From: Selaginella moellendorffii
Lineage: Eukaryota; Plantae; Lycopodiophyta
Length of the DNA stretch: 64,000 nucleotides
Direction of reading: 5' to 3'
Assembly: GCF_000143415.4 (NCBI RefSeq)
Contig: NW_003314309.1
Coordinates: 62,001-126,000, forward strand
The stretch's first letter is position 1. The number at the start of each line of letters is the position of its first letter. Both the position numbers and the translations under genes were made by a program. Below the pieces are notes generated by a model. It did no database searches. It saw only the letters and a program-made list of their open reading frames with translations, and had not been told where the DNA came from. Positions 9,793 to 22,699 of this stretch are shown one piece after another.

Positions 9793-12700
9793 CTAGAGCT
9801 TGTAGAGGAACGTCACCTTTTGTGCCACTTCTTGCCCGGAGCTTTTGTCAAGGTCTCCTTCCAGGCTCTCCACAAGATATGACATATGGTATGCTTGAAC
9901 CTGGCTGGGAAAGAGCTTCACCACCTCCGTGACGTTCAAGTAGTGAGTATGAACCTCTTGGAGAAGGTGATGGAGCATCGCATACGCGATGGTGATGCCG
10001 TCGTGCGTGCTGGTTCCTCTTCCCAGCTCGTCGATGACTACCAGCGAGCGAGAAGTTGCCTTGTGGAGAATAGTTGAAGCTTCACTCAGCTCCTCGAAAA
10101 ACGTACTGGAGCCCCTCTGGATTCTGTCCATCGCCCCTAAACACGGCATCGAATACATGCAGTTTGGCTGTCGCGGCTGGAACATACGATCCTATCTGCA
10201 CGATAACAAAACATACGGAGTGAAAAGAAATAAAGATAGTTGCGAACCTGGGACATGATTGTGATTAGAGCAACTTGACCGATGTAGCAACTTTTACCAC
10301 CCATTTTTGGACCAGTGATTATTTGCGATCGTTCACCCTCACCAGAAACAACTGTGTCATTTGGTACAAATGCATCTTGCAGAGTCGAATCTAGGACCTG
10401 CTCACGGAAAGAAATTCCAGTAAAAATATTAAACCACAAGAGCAAAAGAAACAAACCGGATGTCGACCACCTTCTATCTTCAAAAGGCACGCTTCATCCA
10501 CGAACTCCGGTCGAACATACCCCTGAAGCACATTTTTCATTCAGATAAGCGTTGAAAAACACAAGGAGACAGACCTGATTGCACGAGACAACAGCAAGGG
10601 AATAAAGACAGTCGAGAGCTGCTAGTGCCTGTACTGCAGCCCGGAACTCCATGTGATAGGAGGTAAAGTCAGTGAGGAACATGTCCCATGCTTTGGCGCA
10701 AGATATATTTAATTGCTCCTTTGCAAGTGCCATTCTTTCCGATGCTTCCAAGACCTCCGGAGGATGATAGCGGTTTGCCTTTTTCGTACTGTTTATTTTA
10801 ACCCAATCTGCAGGTACACGCTGCGCACATGGAACCTGAAACTACAAGCTTTTAGCAATCAAATAACTGAATTGAGAAAAAGAGAGTACCTCGACCAAAA
10901 ACGACGTTCCCGAGACACTCAAGTATTCCAGATTTGAACACTTCAACAGTTTCCGATAACTGGGAAGAAAACTTTCGAGATCCTCCTCAATACTTTTTAT
11001 GTTCTCTTTGCATTCGTCTACCTGAAACACGACTTAAACGAAGTCTGGGAAACGATAACAAACCTCGGGATACTGGCCGGCAACAAACAAGTTAATCTTA
11101 TCCCCGGCAGCTGCTGCCTCTGCATTCAAACTCGTCACAAGCTTGTTTGCGTGATCTATCACTGAAGTTGAAGTCACTGCGGAGATTAGCCTGCTGAGGA
11201 GCGCAGACCTGGCGTCGCGAACCCGTTGAAACTGGGACGCTGCTTTCATAATCGCATTAATCACGTTAATGAACTGCAGCAAACATTACGGTCAGAAAAG
11301 AATAACAAACAGGATTACAGAAAAGCAAAGGTACCTCATACGTTGTTGCTGTTTTGTGATAAATTCTTGTGATACCACGCTCAAGATCAGGCAATTTTCC
11401 CAGCAGCAACAACGTTGAAGCTAAAGTTGCAACTGTTGTACCTCTGCCTTTTATCTCCAATGGATTCGGCAATTTCCGCAACGGCGTCTAAACGTTGAGA
11501 AATAAGCATGCGGTCTCTTAACGGATGGGTCACCTGAAAATAGACATGAATGAAAAAACGAAAAATCCAAGATTGTGACTGAGACCAAACTCCTTACCCA
11601 ATACTTAAGGAGCCTCGCGCCAAAAGCAGTTTTTGTGTGGTTCATAAGCCAGAATAAAGATCCGTTTTCAGTACCATCGGTTTGGTTATGTAGAATCTAG
11701 AAAGAAAAAACTTGTTACTGGCAAGTACACATCGCATTCAGTGATTACCTCAAGCTGGCGGATGGTATTGGGCGAGAGCGTCATCTCTTGCTGCCCGGCA
11801 AATGGTCGGAAAAGAGCTCCTAAGCGCAATACATTTTCCAGATGAAACTGCTTCAGATAAGCAAATATATGCGCAAATGCAGCAACCACGATTTCTGGCA
11901 TCGTCATCAACGCCTGCAAACTTCAATTCTCATCCGATAATGTAATCAAGACAACTAGAAAATTACCTCTAACCCTGCATCAACCTTCTCGTCCAGACAG
12001 CCTTTCTTAGAAGACGCCAAGCTCCCGTAGAAGTCCGCAAGAGCAGCAACAGTACCGCCATTTTCAAACGAGTTCTCAGGCGTCTTCTCGGCTCGAACAT
12101 CCGCTGCGCCTGCATAGTCCATCAACAACTATAGAAAAATCACCATCATTCATATACAACCCGATCAGAGAAAAAAAAATAGCTTACCTTCTTTGTAGAA
12201 GCGGACAAGGACGCAGATAAAAGAAGTTCTGCGGGAGCACACGCAAGCAAGCGTGATTCCAGTTCCGTCCTGGTGACAGTGTCCATAAAGTGACCGTACA
12301 TCACGTCTCCGGTCGAGGTTTCCACGGCCACCACCCCAAATCTAGCATCAAAACTTCCCCTCACTTCATCCTTTCCAGCGTTGCCCTTGTGCTCGGTGAT
12401 TGCCTCCTCCACAACACACATGATATAGCTGCTAAGACGAATAGGTCCATCCCTTTCCCCGCTCTCTTCTCCCCCAAGAAACTCGCCCGCCTCGAGCGTG
12501 GCCTTGGTATATAGCGCCGAGAGATCTCTCGAGAACGGGCCAGCCTTGTTCGTCCCGTGAGCTTTGATAGCCGCTGTCTCGGTCTGCTTGACAACGCCAA
12601 CTTTGTAGCCAGCTTCCACAAGCCTTCTCACATGTACGTGCAGCCGGAACGTTGGAACGCTGGCAGTGAGAAAGTTGTGGCTGTAGTAAGCAACGATTCC

Positions 12701-13183
12701 CAAAACATTGGCTGCTTTCGCCGCATCCTCTCCGAAAAATCGAAACTTGTATCCCACCTCGACCATGAGAAGGATGTCTGGGAATTTCTTCTTGAGCTCC
12801 ACAATCTGCTGCTCCAGAGGAGTAAGCTTCTCCTTCCCTGACAGCGGCTTTCCATAAAAGAAGGAATTTCCACCACCGCCATCCCTGTCCCCCTCTCCAA
12901 GAAGAACATCTACAAACTTTCTACGCCTGTCTTTAATCGCTTCCCCCGATACTCCGCAATCGGCATCCTTCCCATCGCCCGACCCGGCGTCTACATCTAA
13001 ATTCAAGCACCGTTTCTTACTCGCGCTGGCCGCATTCTCGGCTGATCGCCTGAGATGATACGGCGATGGCCACACTAGTGTGGGAGCCCGCGATGCATCG
13101 GTCTCACCTCGCTTGAAGAAGCTGGGGATGATCGCCTGGCCCTTGGCGGCGGCAGCGCCCTCGTCCTTCTTTCTCTTTCCCAT
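9793..13183 (-). pseudogene. MSH3: MutS homolog MSH3, multi-exon, C-terminally truncated and frameshifted (unit 1)
   Basis: PIP-like QAIIPSFF, domain I LTPLEQQIVELKKKFPDILLMVEVGYKFRFFGEDA and Walker B DELGRGTSTHDG. Lesions relative to unit 3: +1 base at ~11450, 8-bp deletion at ~10137, 18-bp deletion at ~9950, Walker A GPNMGGKS changed to GPKMGGKS. Ends at FLYKL*. Confidence 0.9.
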
Positions 13184-13230
13184 TCAAAAACTTATAAACC
13201 CTAAGATTTTCTTCAAGCCCAACAATTACA

Positions 13231-13940
13231 GTCACCACCCCAAATCTATGCTTGAGGCTAAGGAGCTTCTGGGAGGAGAAGAGGGCGGTGAAAGAGATGG
13301 ACCAATTTGTCTTAGCAGCTGGCTGGTGGAGTGGATCGTCAAGCCCAACAATATTATGGATAACCCGCAAATCTAACACCCAGCTGATAAGACAAAATGG
13401 TCCATCTCTTCCCTCTCCTCCCAGAAGCTCCTTAGCCTCAAGCATGGCTTTGGTATATAGAGCCCAAGAAATCTCTGGAGAATGGGCCAGCCTTGTGTCT
13501 TGGTACGCCAACTTTGTAGCCAACTTCCACAAGCCTTCCCATACACACAACTGGAATGAGAAAGCAGCCAATTTTCTTAGAATTTGCTTATCATAGCCAC
13601 AGCTTTCTCACTGCCAGAGTTCCAACATTCTGCCACATCCTCTCTAAAAAATTGAAACTTTGTATCCCACCTCAACAATGAGAAGAGTGTCTAGAAATTT
13701 CTTCCTGAGCTCCACAATCTGCTGCTACAGAGGAGTAAGCTTCTCCTTTCCTGACGGCAAATTTCCATCACAGGAGGAATTTCCATTAGAAGCATCCTGT
13801 CCCCAATAACATTTACAAAATTTCTATACCTGTGTGCTTGCTTTAGATGTAGAAGCCAGGTTGGGGTATTGATTGGCTGCATTCTCAGCTGGTCGTTTAA
13901 GATGACACGGCAATCATTCTTGAAAAAGCTGGTGGCGGCA
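13231..13940 (-). pseudogene. MSH3: Second, more diverged partial copy of MSH3 exon 1, including an inverted segment
   Basis: Reads ALYTKAMLEAKELLGGEGRDGP on - and MLEAKELLGGEEGGERDGP on +. Matches pieces of ~12325-13155 with many indels. Confidence 0.85.
13248..13445. repeat. Inverted repeat (hairpin) of MSH3-derived sequence
   Basis: Arm 13248-13322 (ATGCTTGAGGCTAAGGAGCTTCTGGGAGGAGA...CAGCTGG) pairs with arm 13380-13445. The spacer is about 57 nt. Confidence 0.9.
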
Positions 13941-13944
13941 GTGA

Positions 13945-16900
13945 TTAGTATATTTATTATAAGATTCTTATTTTATTTTATTAGAATAATATTATTTGTA
14001 GGTGAACCATATATTATAGCTTACTTGCTACACTAAATTTGAGAGGGAGATGGAAACTCTTTGGCTAACTATTTTCCTGTTGCATTTTTTAGTTATTATT
14101 GTTAGTTATTGCAAGAGTGAAATTTTTACAATATTTATTTTAGACTCATTGGTAGATTATAGAAATAATAATTACATTTTAAACATTTATGCAAAGGTTA
14201 ATTTTCCTCCCTGTGAAAGAGAATTCCTTAGTGGAGCAACAAAGAAATTTTCAAATGGAAATCTCATTCTTGATGTGAATAAAGTGTTTAACTTTGCTCA
14301 TTTGCAACTTCATATTTGAATCTTTAATTAATTCAACCATTTTTATCACCCACAAAGATTATATAGAAAGATGTAAATTATGGAGATGTCAGATGTGGAT
14401 TGTTCAATACTACTGAAAATACATTTCTAAGTTTTTTTAAAGATAATTCCTTTAATTTTTAATTTTTATCAAGAGAATTTTTCTAAGCCAAAATTATCCA
14501 TGACCTATCTATCTACAAGTGAAATTTTTTATTAAAGATAAATATATATTCATATCTCAAATTAGTCTAAATGCAACACTAAACATTATAAATAAGTTTA
14601 TCTTTTACATAACATATGGATCTAATGATATAACTAATAGATACTATGAACCTGGTTCTTTTTTGCCAAGTGAATACATAATTTTAGAGTTTTTTTTATC
14701 ATTTTAATGCAATTTTATGATACTCAAATTTGGATAAATATAATGCATAGCTTTAAATTATTTTACGACCTTTTTATTTATGTTATAAGTCTTGTATCAA
14801 GAAGGAGCATGCAAAATTGAGATTGCATAGTTATTTCCATTAGGTTGTAATACACTCTTTTTTATTAAACACCATTAACAAACCTAAAAATATAGCAATA
14901 CAATTTAACAGAAAGCTTAATTTAGTTTTATTTTATCTTAGATTAAATTTATCGGCACTCAACATTTTTTATGCAAACTTTTACACTATACTACTTAATA
15001 TTGTTTAAAGTCCTTTATCATATAATAAATTTTTATTAAAATGAAAGAATTTATTGATAAATTTTAATTACGGAAAATTGTAATAAGCTTCACAATTCTT
15101 AATGTTGGAAGTTAAAACTTTATAGGAAAAGTCAAAAAAACATTAGTGACAGAATGTTTACCTTAAACTTCATCTTATTTAAATCCAACAAAGTATATTT
15201 ATTGGAATCAATTTTATCCTAACTCAAAAATTTATAACATATTTATTGATCTATTTTGAATGAAAATGATTATATATAACCTATCAACATTTAGCAACGA
15301 ACTTTTATATAATAAAAGTTTAATACAAAGTTTTAATGTTGGTTCAAATAAATATATTAGTAACTTTTCATTATATAAATGGGAAGAAACTATGATTCGT
15401 TGTTTAACTTTTTATAACAATAGCTTGAAACATCTTATTACAAAAATTTGAAATATTTATAATAGGATTTGGATCAGTTAACTCTTTAAATAACAAAGTT
15501 CTTTTATAAATAAAATTATTTACCATATAATCTTGCATAATATCCAATGAATAATAAATAATAAATTTATTTTAAAAAAGACTTCTTACTTGTAAGAGCT
15601 TTTGTTTTTTTCCTTTCAGATTAGAGTGTATTTGCAATATTTCTTGTTTTATTTAAATCTTTTTTATTTTTGGTTGCCATATCTTTCTGAAAAATTAAAT
15701 TATAAATTTATTTTAGAGATCTTAAGCTAACTTCTAATCCAAATATTTTAATCATAGTGCTAAATCTATGCAATTTATCATTTTAAGCACTTTAAAAGCT
15801 TCTATATTATCAATAAATAATTTATTTTGATAACTTGCTAATGTCCAAATTCCATTATCAATTTTTCTATCACATCACAGCCACATATTTTCCTTTATTC
15901 TGCACACAACTAAATCTTTTTTAGTACTTAATTTATGATTTTTACTACTAATTGTTTTATATATAGTTAAGAAAAAATTCTTAAATATTTGCATCTAATC
16001 CTTTAAAAATGCTACTGGCAACTTATAAAAAATGGAAGTTGATAAAATGTGAATATAAACATTTTTTATCATTAGATAATGATATTTGATCTTCTTGTCT
16101 AACAAAATAATAATATGTTGCCTATTGTTTTGGAGTCATCTATCCTAGTATTGGTCAAATGTAATTAGCACCATTAAATAAACTAATTAAAATTAGAATT
16201 TAATTTATGTTTTAGAAATAATAACTAAAATCTTACATTCTATTAGTAGACCTAAATAGATGATCCATAGGTAAGAAACACCAGTGACCAATACATATGC
16301 ATTTTTATAAACTTCATGACTATATTCCAAGAATCCAAATCCACAGTCTAGGTAAAACTATTTTCCCATTAATTTGAAGTCTTGAACAAAATCATAATCG
16401 AGGAAAACCATGAATAAACTATCACACTGCTTCTCTAAACTTAAAAACCTGTTCACCCTCTGACTTACAATTATCTTTTCATGGCACTTTGTCGATCTGC
16501 TTAACCAAAAATAATGACCAATAAATATTAGGTACTAAGAAGTTTTGGGCCTAGAAAAATTATAAATATAAATATTTCATTTTAGTTTTTAGACTAATAC
16601 CTGGTATAATCATAAAAAAATAAAATAAATGAAGGCTTAATTGCTAGAGATGGTGGTATATTATTATTAATTGCAACAATTGCCTATCATTAATATATTT
16701 TTGCCATTAATTTTATTGGAGAAAGATCATCTGTAGCCATAGTAAGATGTATATCTCTTGGATTTACTGCAAAATTTGGGTAATCATCTTCAAATTTTTT
16801 TTAAGTTGAACCATCTGCAGACATTTTCATTATTCCATTAATGGATCGATGATAAAATGATAAGCTATATATTGTGTTATTTCTCTACATTGAAATTATT

Positions 16901-17790
16901 ATTGAAGTCAAGGTATAATAGAGATAAAATATAATTAATAATAAATTTAAATAATAAATTAATAAATATTAATTACCTTACAAAATGATCTGTTTCTTTT
17001 CTTAATATTCCAGTAATAACTTGCACATCTAGAACCCTTAAACAAGCCAACAAAATAGAAGCACTCCCCTTTATGAATAGGTAATAAATTGTCTTCATTT
17101 CCATGTAAAAAATCTTAGAAATAATTAAATACATTATCATCCTCAATATCATCATTGCCACTACTATTACCACCACTTAAATTAATATAACAATGATCTG
17201 GAACTAAAGAGCTTTTATCAATTTCAAAAAATTGTTATACTAAAGTAGTAGATCTGCATAATCTAATCCCTTAAATATCTTTCATTGAAAACCATCCATG
17301 TGGTGCTAAAGGATGTTTATCATAAAGACAAATATGATTTATGATAATTTGTATAAAGTAAATATACTTACTTCTACACCTTAAACACTAACATGCAACT
17401 CTCATTCCTAAATCCTAAACAAAAAGCTGAATACAGATCTGAGGAAGAAAACAAAGTAGGAAATTATATGTTAAAAGTGGGTACATTATACAGCTATTAG
17501 TAATTTAGTTGATGTAAATATTATTGAAATTTATGACTAAAACTTTTGGAACTACAAACCTTATGAACTTACATTTTAGTCACAGTTTAAAAGTTGTAAA
17601 TTGCAACTCTAATTAGCAACATATATGAGCTTATCTAGCTTTAAAGAATATGTTACTACAAATTATGATTTATATTTTAGTTGTAAAGGACAACTATAAT
17701 TTCCAACTTAAATTTGAGTAACTATAAAGCTATCACAAATTACAACTTAAAATTTGTAACTAAAGCCAATTTGCTACTTATAATGCTTTT
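13945..17790 (-). mobile_element. Degenerate CACTA (En/Spm) transposon, Tnp2/Transposase_21 relic (unit 1, running into the start of unit 2)
   Basis: Minus-strand translation near 16600-16860: ADGST*KKFEDDYPNFAVNPRDIHLTMATDDLSP...NIPPSLAIKPSF..MIIPG/PK, matching the Tnp2 motif pattern HPADGEAWKxFDxxxPxFAxxPRNVRLGLxTDGFNP...IIPGPK. GHWCFLPMDHLFR and SIFYKLP motifs are also present. Boundaries are approximate. Confidence 0.8.
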
Positions 17791-17947
17791 ATGGACTGGC
17801 AGAAGTCAAGTCTAAGTCTTGACCTGTCGAAGTCCACATTCTATCCACCGTGGCCAAAAAATCACCACAAAAAAAAATTGTGCAAAAATCTATGTTATGT
17901 AATATAGTTGATAGCCCAGTATACCAATGGCAAATCCCAAGTCCCCC

Positions 17948-18050
17948 ACTTTATTGACTAGCAAGGCTTTCATTAAGGCCCTTTGCTAGTCAATAAAGTC
18001 AATAAAGTATTTTTACAATGGTAAAACCCAAGTCCCCAACTTTATTGACT
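17948..18050. promoter_or_regulatory. 17-bp perfect inverted repeat plus direct repeat carrying multiple W-boxes upstream of RLP copy 2
   Basis: ACTTTATTGACTAGCAA (17948-17964) pairs with TTGCTAGTCAATAAAGT (17983-17999). The same structure occurs at ~35319-35370 in unit 3. Confidence 0.6.
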
Positions 18051-18141
18051 AGCTCAATTGATTATCAAATGTGCGTGTAAACTCTGCAAAAAGAAGAACC
18101 TCATCTTTCATGATAGCGTTCACTCTTTGATGCTCTGATCC

Positions 18142-20275
18142 ATGGCCATGTCTCTCGCGGATTTGCTGCTGCCTTTGTTTCTACTCGTCTTTCTCACAAG
18201 ATCCCGGTCACAGTGCCCCACAAATCCATCCGCAATCGTGAACGACACACAGGTTCTTCTCTCTCTCCGTGACAGGCTTGGCATCAAAGTGTGGAACGAG
18301 ACTGCCGATCCAAGAGCATGGCGGGGAGTGGAGTGGAGCTCGGACAACCAAGTGGAGGGCCTCGCTCTGTCCAGGTTTAATCTCTCGGGAGTTTTTCCTG
18401 CCACCTGGGCCGAGCTTCCATCGCTGGCTCGCCTGGACCTCTCGCAAAACGGCCTCTCCTCGCTGGAAGTCCCTTGCAAAAATACGCAGCTCAACCTCCT
18501 CAACTTGAGCTCCAATTCCCTGCAAGAGTTCCCCGGAAATCTCTCCAGCCTCAAGAGTTTGGAAAGCCTGGACCTCAGTGGGAACAACTTAACAGTGGCC
18601 AGACTCCCAAACTTTAGCTTGATGCTGCGATCGCTCAACCTGTCCATCAACAACTTAACTGGGAGCTTTTCCATTGGTGGTAACCTGGGACTGGAGGCAC
18701 TGGAACTCTCGCACAACGGACTCAGCGGCTCCATTCCAGAAACTTTCGGGGAGATGACGAACTTGACGCGCCTGGACATATCGTATAACAGGTTTAGAGG
18801 AGATCTACCCGATATTTGGAGCAAGAACTTGGAGCTCAGGTACATGCGTATCTCCGAAAATTCGCTCCAGGGTGGTTTGCCACCGAGCTTGAGAAGGCTA
18901 CGCAAGCTCTCGGAATTACACGCTGCATACAACTCTCTCTCCGGGCCACTGGAGCTGGAAGATAGCGACTTTGCAAGCATCGAGGTTTTGGACCTCGGGC
19001 TAAACGGGTTTAACGGAACGATGCCGGCTACGCTGGGAAGCTTGAGGAACATCAGAGAGATATGGCTCGACAGCAATAACTTGACTGGAACAATTCCAGG
19101 CGAGCTCTCGAAGCTCTCGCATCTCCAGAAGCTGGTTCTCATGGGGAATCGTTTTAGTGGCGCCATCCCAGGCGAGCTCTCGAAGCTCTCGCATCTCCAG
19201 CATCTCGTTCTCACCGGAAATCGTTTTAGTGGCGCCATACCTCCGGAGCTTGGGAACTGCTCGAACATCAGACAGATCTTGCTCGACAGCAATAACTTGA
19301 CTGGAACAATCCCAGGCGAGCTCTCGAAGCTCTCGCATCTCCAGAAGCTGGTTCTCAGCAGGAACGACTGAGCTCGTCGTTCTCTGGCTGGGGCAGAACA
19401 AGTTCTCTGGAAATCTCCCTGACAGCTTCGGGAATTTGAGCCGCCTGCTCCTTCTGTCGCTTTCCAGAAACGATCTTGTCGGTTCAATCCCGGCCATATT
19501 GCAAAACATGTCGTCTCTGCAGTTCCTCTTCCTCTCAAACAACAGCTTCAGCGGCTCCATACCGGACTGGCTTCCCAGGCTCACGAACTTACGAGCCATG
19601 GACTTCTCGGGTAACAGGTTCTCTGGGGAGATGCCGGAAAGCATTGGCCGACTGTTTGCCAACGTCCAGCTTTACAACAAGAACAAACGGTCTGTGATGA
19701 TTCAAACCGGGGGAGGACTCGTCTACAACGGCTTCGCCGTCCCGACCTACATAAACTTCTCCTTCAACCAGCTGACTGGAAGCATTCCAGCTGCCATTGG
19801 CGACCTCTACAAGCTCCAGGTGCTGGACCTGAGCCACAACCAGCTCATTCCCGAGTCCCTGGGGAAGGCAAGGAATCTCTCCTGGGTGGGGCTCGCAAGC
19901 AATCGTCTCAATGGCTCCATACCATCGTCCGTGGCGGACCTCTCGTTTCTCAGCTTCTTCGACGTCTCCAACAACAGCCTGGTGGGACGGATACCTGACA
20001 GCCCGCAACTCTCGTCCATGGACGCGGCTCTCTTCGCTGGGAATCAGCTCTGTGGCTTGCCACTGACCAACACCTGTTCGAGCACTGCTATGCCGCCACA
20101 TAAGCTTAGAACAGAGGGACAAGGTGGTAGCGAACAGGACCAAGGAGGCGTGACAACACTTGTCAGCATCGCCATCTTCGTGGCAGCCTTCTTCAACGCG
20201 TTCTTCTGGACCTACTTTGCGGCAAACCACAGAGCTCATTCCCAGCTCTGTGGATGCTGGCAATCAAATCTCTAG
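18142..20275 (+). pseudogene. LRR-RLP copy 2, frameshifted
   Basis: A 38-bp deletion at ~19368 (AACGAC|TGAGCTC) creates a stop at 19371. There is a 9-bp in-frame deletion at ~19845. Only 4 variable LRR modules (19042-19329). Confidence 0.92.
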
Positions 20276-22605
20276 CTCGTCCACCATGTTGCTGCCGTCC
20301 TTTCTACCTTCCAGTTTGTAATCCATCACGACCGCTTGATGAAGTGAACTCTTCTTATCCGCTTTCAAGGCCGCCTCCTGTATAGTCTTGAGCTTGTCAT
20401 GATCCTCCCACAGCCCCGCGCTCCGGTAGATGCTCGCCATCAGAACGTACGCAGCCGAGTCATTCTCGTCGATCTTCGTCAGTGCCTCGAACGCACTTCC
20501 ACTTACGGCAGGCCCCGAGGAGGCTCCTCCAAACCACAGCATCCGCTCTCAAAGGCATGCTCTCGAGGACTTTCAAGGCCTCTTCCAGTCGGTTACGAGA
20601 TCCACCAAGCTGCTGTAGTGATGAATCCCGCAAACAATGCCAGAGTCCGGGTCCATTGCCTGGAAAAACTCCCTGCCTCGTTCAACTAGGCCGCCGTGGC
20701 TGCAAGCAGTGATGACCGAGACAAACGTGATTGCGTTTGCTCGTACGCCATCTTCTCGCATCTCGCGACAGGCTTCGAACATGCGCGACGTGTCACACTG
20801 TTGGCCGAATCCTGTGATCAGTGCATTCCAGGCGACGATATCTCGGACTGCCAGAGATCCAAACAAGTGCTCGGCCGCACTCATAACTCCGCACTTCCTG
20901 TAGAAGTTTACTCCCCACAACTTGATCGTCTTCCAGCCCACGCCTGTAAAGCTCAGCCTGGATTTTCCTTCCACTCCAAGAGTTCCAGCCCGAGCTCACT
21001 CTCACCGTTGTCTATATATCCCTGTATCGAGCTCGTCCAAACGACAACGTCCCGGCTAGGCATGCGTTTGAAAACTGCTCGAGCTTTCACCATATCTCCA
21101 CACTTGGCATACATGTCCACCAAGCTGCTCCCGACAAATCTGTGCTCGCAGCGTCCAAACTTCGCGGCGAGAGAATGAATCTCCATCCCCTTTTCTAGGC
21201 TCTGGATTCGCACTAGCTTTCCATCTTCTCGCGGAACAGGTGGCTCGGACGCTGAAAGGTGGACGCAGGCCATGAGCGCAGCAACAAACGTTCTCTGGTC
21301 CGGATCGTTCTCCCGAGCCATGCCGAAGAACAGCTCCCAAGGCCAGCTTGCTGTCTCCACTTACATCGGCCAGCCATGCCATCGAAGACCTTGGGAGCTT
21401 CCTCTAGCTTCTCACACTTCGCGTACCTATCGATCAGAGTGTTCCCCACGAACACGTCCTCGCAGCACCTGTTGTTTGAAGCTTCGCTGTGGATAGCCAC
21501 CCCGGTTTCCAAGCTCTTTCTCTTCACGAGTTTGCCGTCGACATCCACCGCTTCTTCTCGCATTGCCGAGCTCGCACAGGCGGCAAGCGCAGCAACACAC
21601 GTCCGAGAGCTTGGACAGCACCCAGATAGCTTCATATCTTCGAAGAACACGAGAGCCAGCTCGCTTTCCCCGTTGTCCACAAAGCCTTGTATCAAGCTCG
21701 TCCAGAGCACGACATCACGACGAGGCATGCTCTCGAAAACCATCCGCGCGTCGACCATGCTCCCACACTTTGAGTACCTGTCACTTGGCTGCTCCCCAGG
21801 AAGATATCTCCACAGCAGTGGCTTTTCACAGCTCCATCGTGAACAGCGAGCTCCTTCTCCAGGCTCTTCGTCTTCACCATCTTTTGGTGGCCTCCTCTTT
21901 CACTGCTAGATTCGCACAGCCCTTGGCAGCAGCAACGAAAGTCCGAGAGTTTGGCGAGCAGCCCATCTTCCCAAAGAACTCGAGAGCGACCTCGCTTTCT
22001 CCATTCTCTACGTAGCCCAGTATCAACGCGTTCCAGGAGACCACGTCTCGCTGTGGCATCTCATCGAAGACCGATCGAGCATCGAGCATGATGCCGCACT
22101 TGGCTCGAGAGGAAAACGTCTTCGCTGCAAGACGGTCCCATCTGCTTGGCTTGAGAATGGATGCCTCTACTGGTCTCGAGACTAGCCTCCTTGACGAGCT
22201 TCCCATCGACCAAAACAGCGTCTTCCTTCGCCGCAAGGCTGCTACAAGCCTTGCAGCCCGACCGCCTGGCTTGCATCCTCTCGAAGAGATCCAGAGCCAC
22301 ATCGCTCTCGCCATTGGAGACGTAGCCCAGCATCAAGGACATCACGTTTGGGTGAAGAATGCTGTCGAACACACGGTGGGAATCCTCCATGCTGCCGCAT
22401 TTCGCGTACATGTCCACCAGCGCATTGACAACAAGCTGCTTGTTCTCCGCCGCCTGGCCGTGGATCGCCCAGGCGCAAATTGCCCTTGCGCAAATCCCTT
22501 GTGACCTTCAACGCCGACACCTGCTGATCGGGCGCCCGCGGCGGCGCTGCCGAAGGAGCGAATGCCGGTGCGGCGCATCGAATCGCTGCCGTCGCCAAGT
22601 CTCAT
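20264..22605 (-). pseudogene. PLS/E-class PPR pseudogene, copy 2
   Basis: Same PPR motifs as copy 1 (e.g. DVFVGNTLIDRYAKCEKLEEA), split across frames. Confidence 0.9.
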
Positions 22606-22699
22606 CCATCGCAAGAACCCTAAAAATTTGCTAGCAACATGGAAATTCAACCAAGGCCGTCGATTCAAGAATATCTGACGGTTGGAAATGAGTCGGGGA

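Larger units (their letters stand above)
1..17682. repeat. Tandem segmental duplication, unit 1 (boundary anchored arbitrarily at window start)
   Basis: The anchor GTAA(A/G)GGACAACTATAAT occurs at 1, 17683, 34985 and 51271. The block order (RLP, PPR, carrier, gypsy relic, then Cassandra, MSH3 and CACTA where retained) recurs colinearly. Confidence 0.95.

Noticed and set aside
13196-13204. Telo-box AAACCCTAA upstream of MSH3
   Set aside because: A single short motif that is common in plant 5' regions. It is not telomeric and too weak to call as a feature.
13945-17790. Helitron or organellar (NUMT/NUPT) origin of the AT-rich DNA
   Set aside because: No Rep/helicase motifs, Helitron 3' end or organellar genes were recognised. 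The translated motifs fit CACTA Tnp2.
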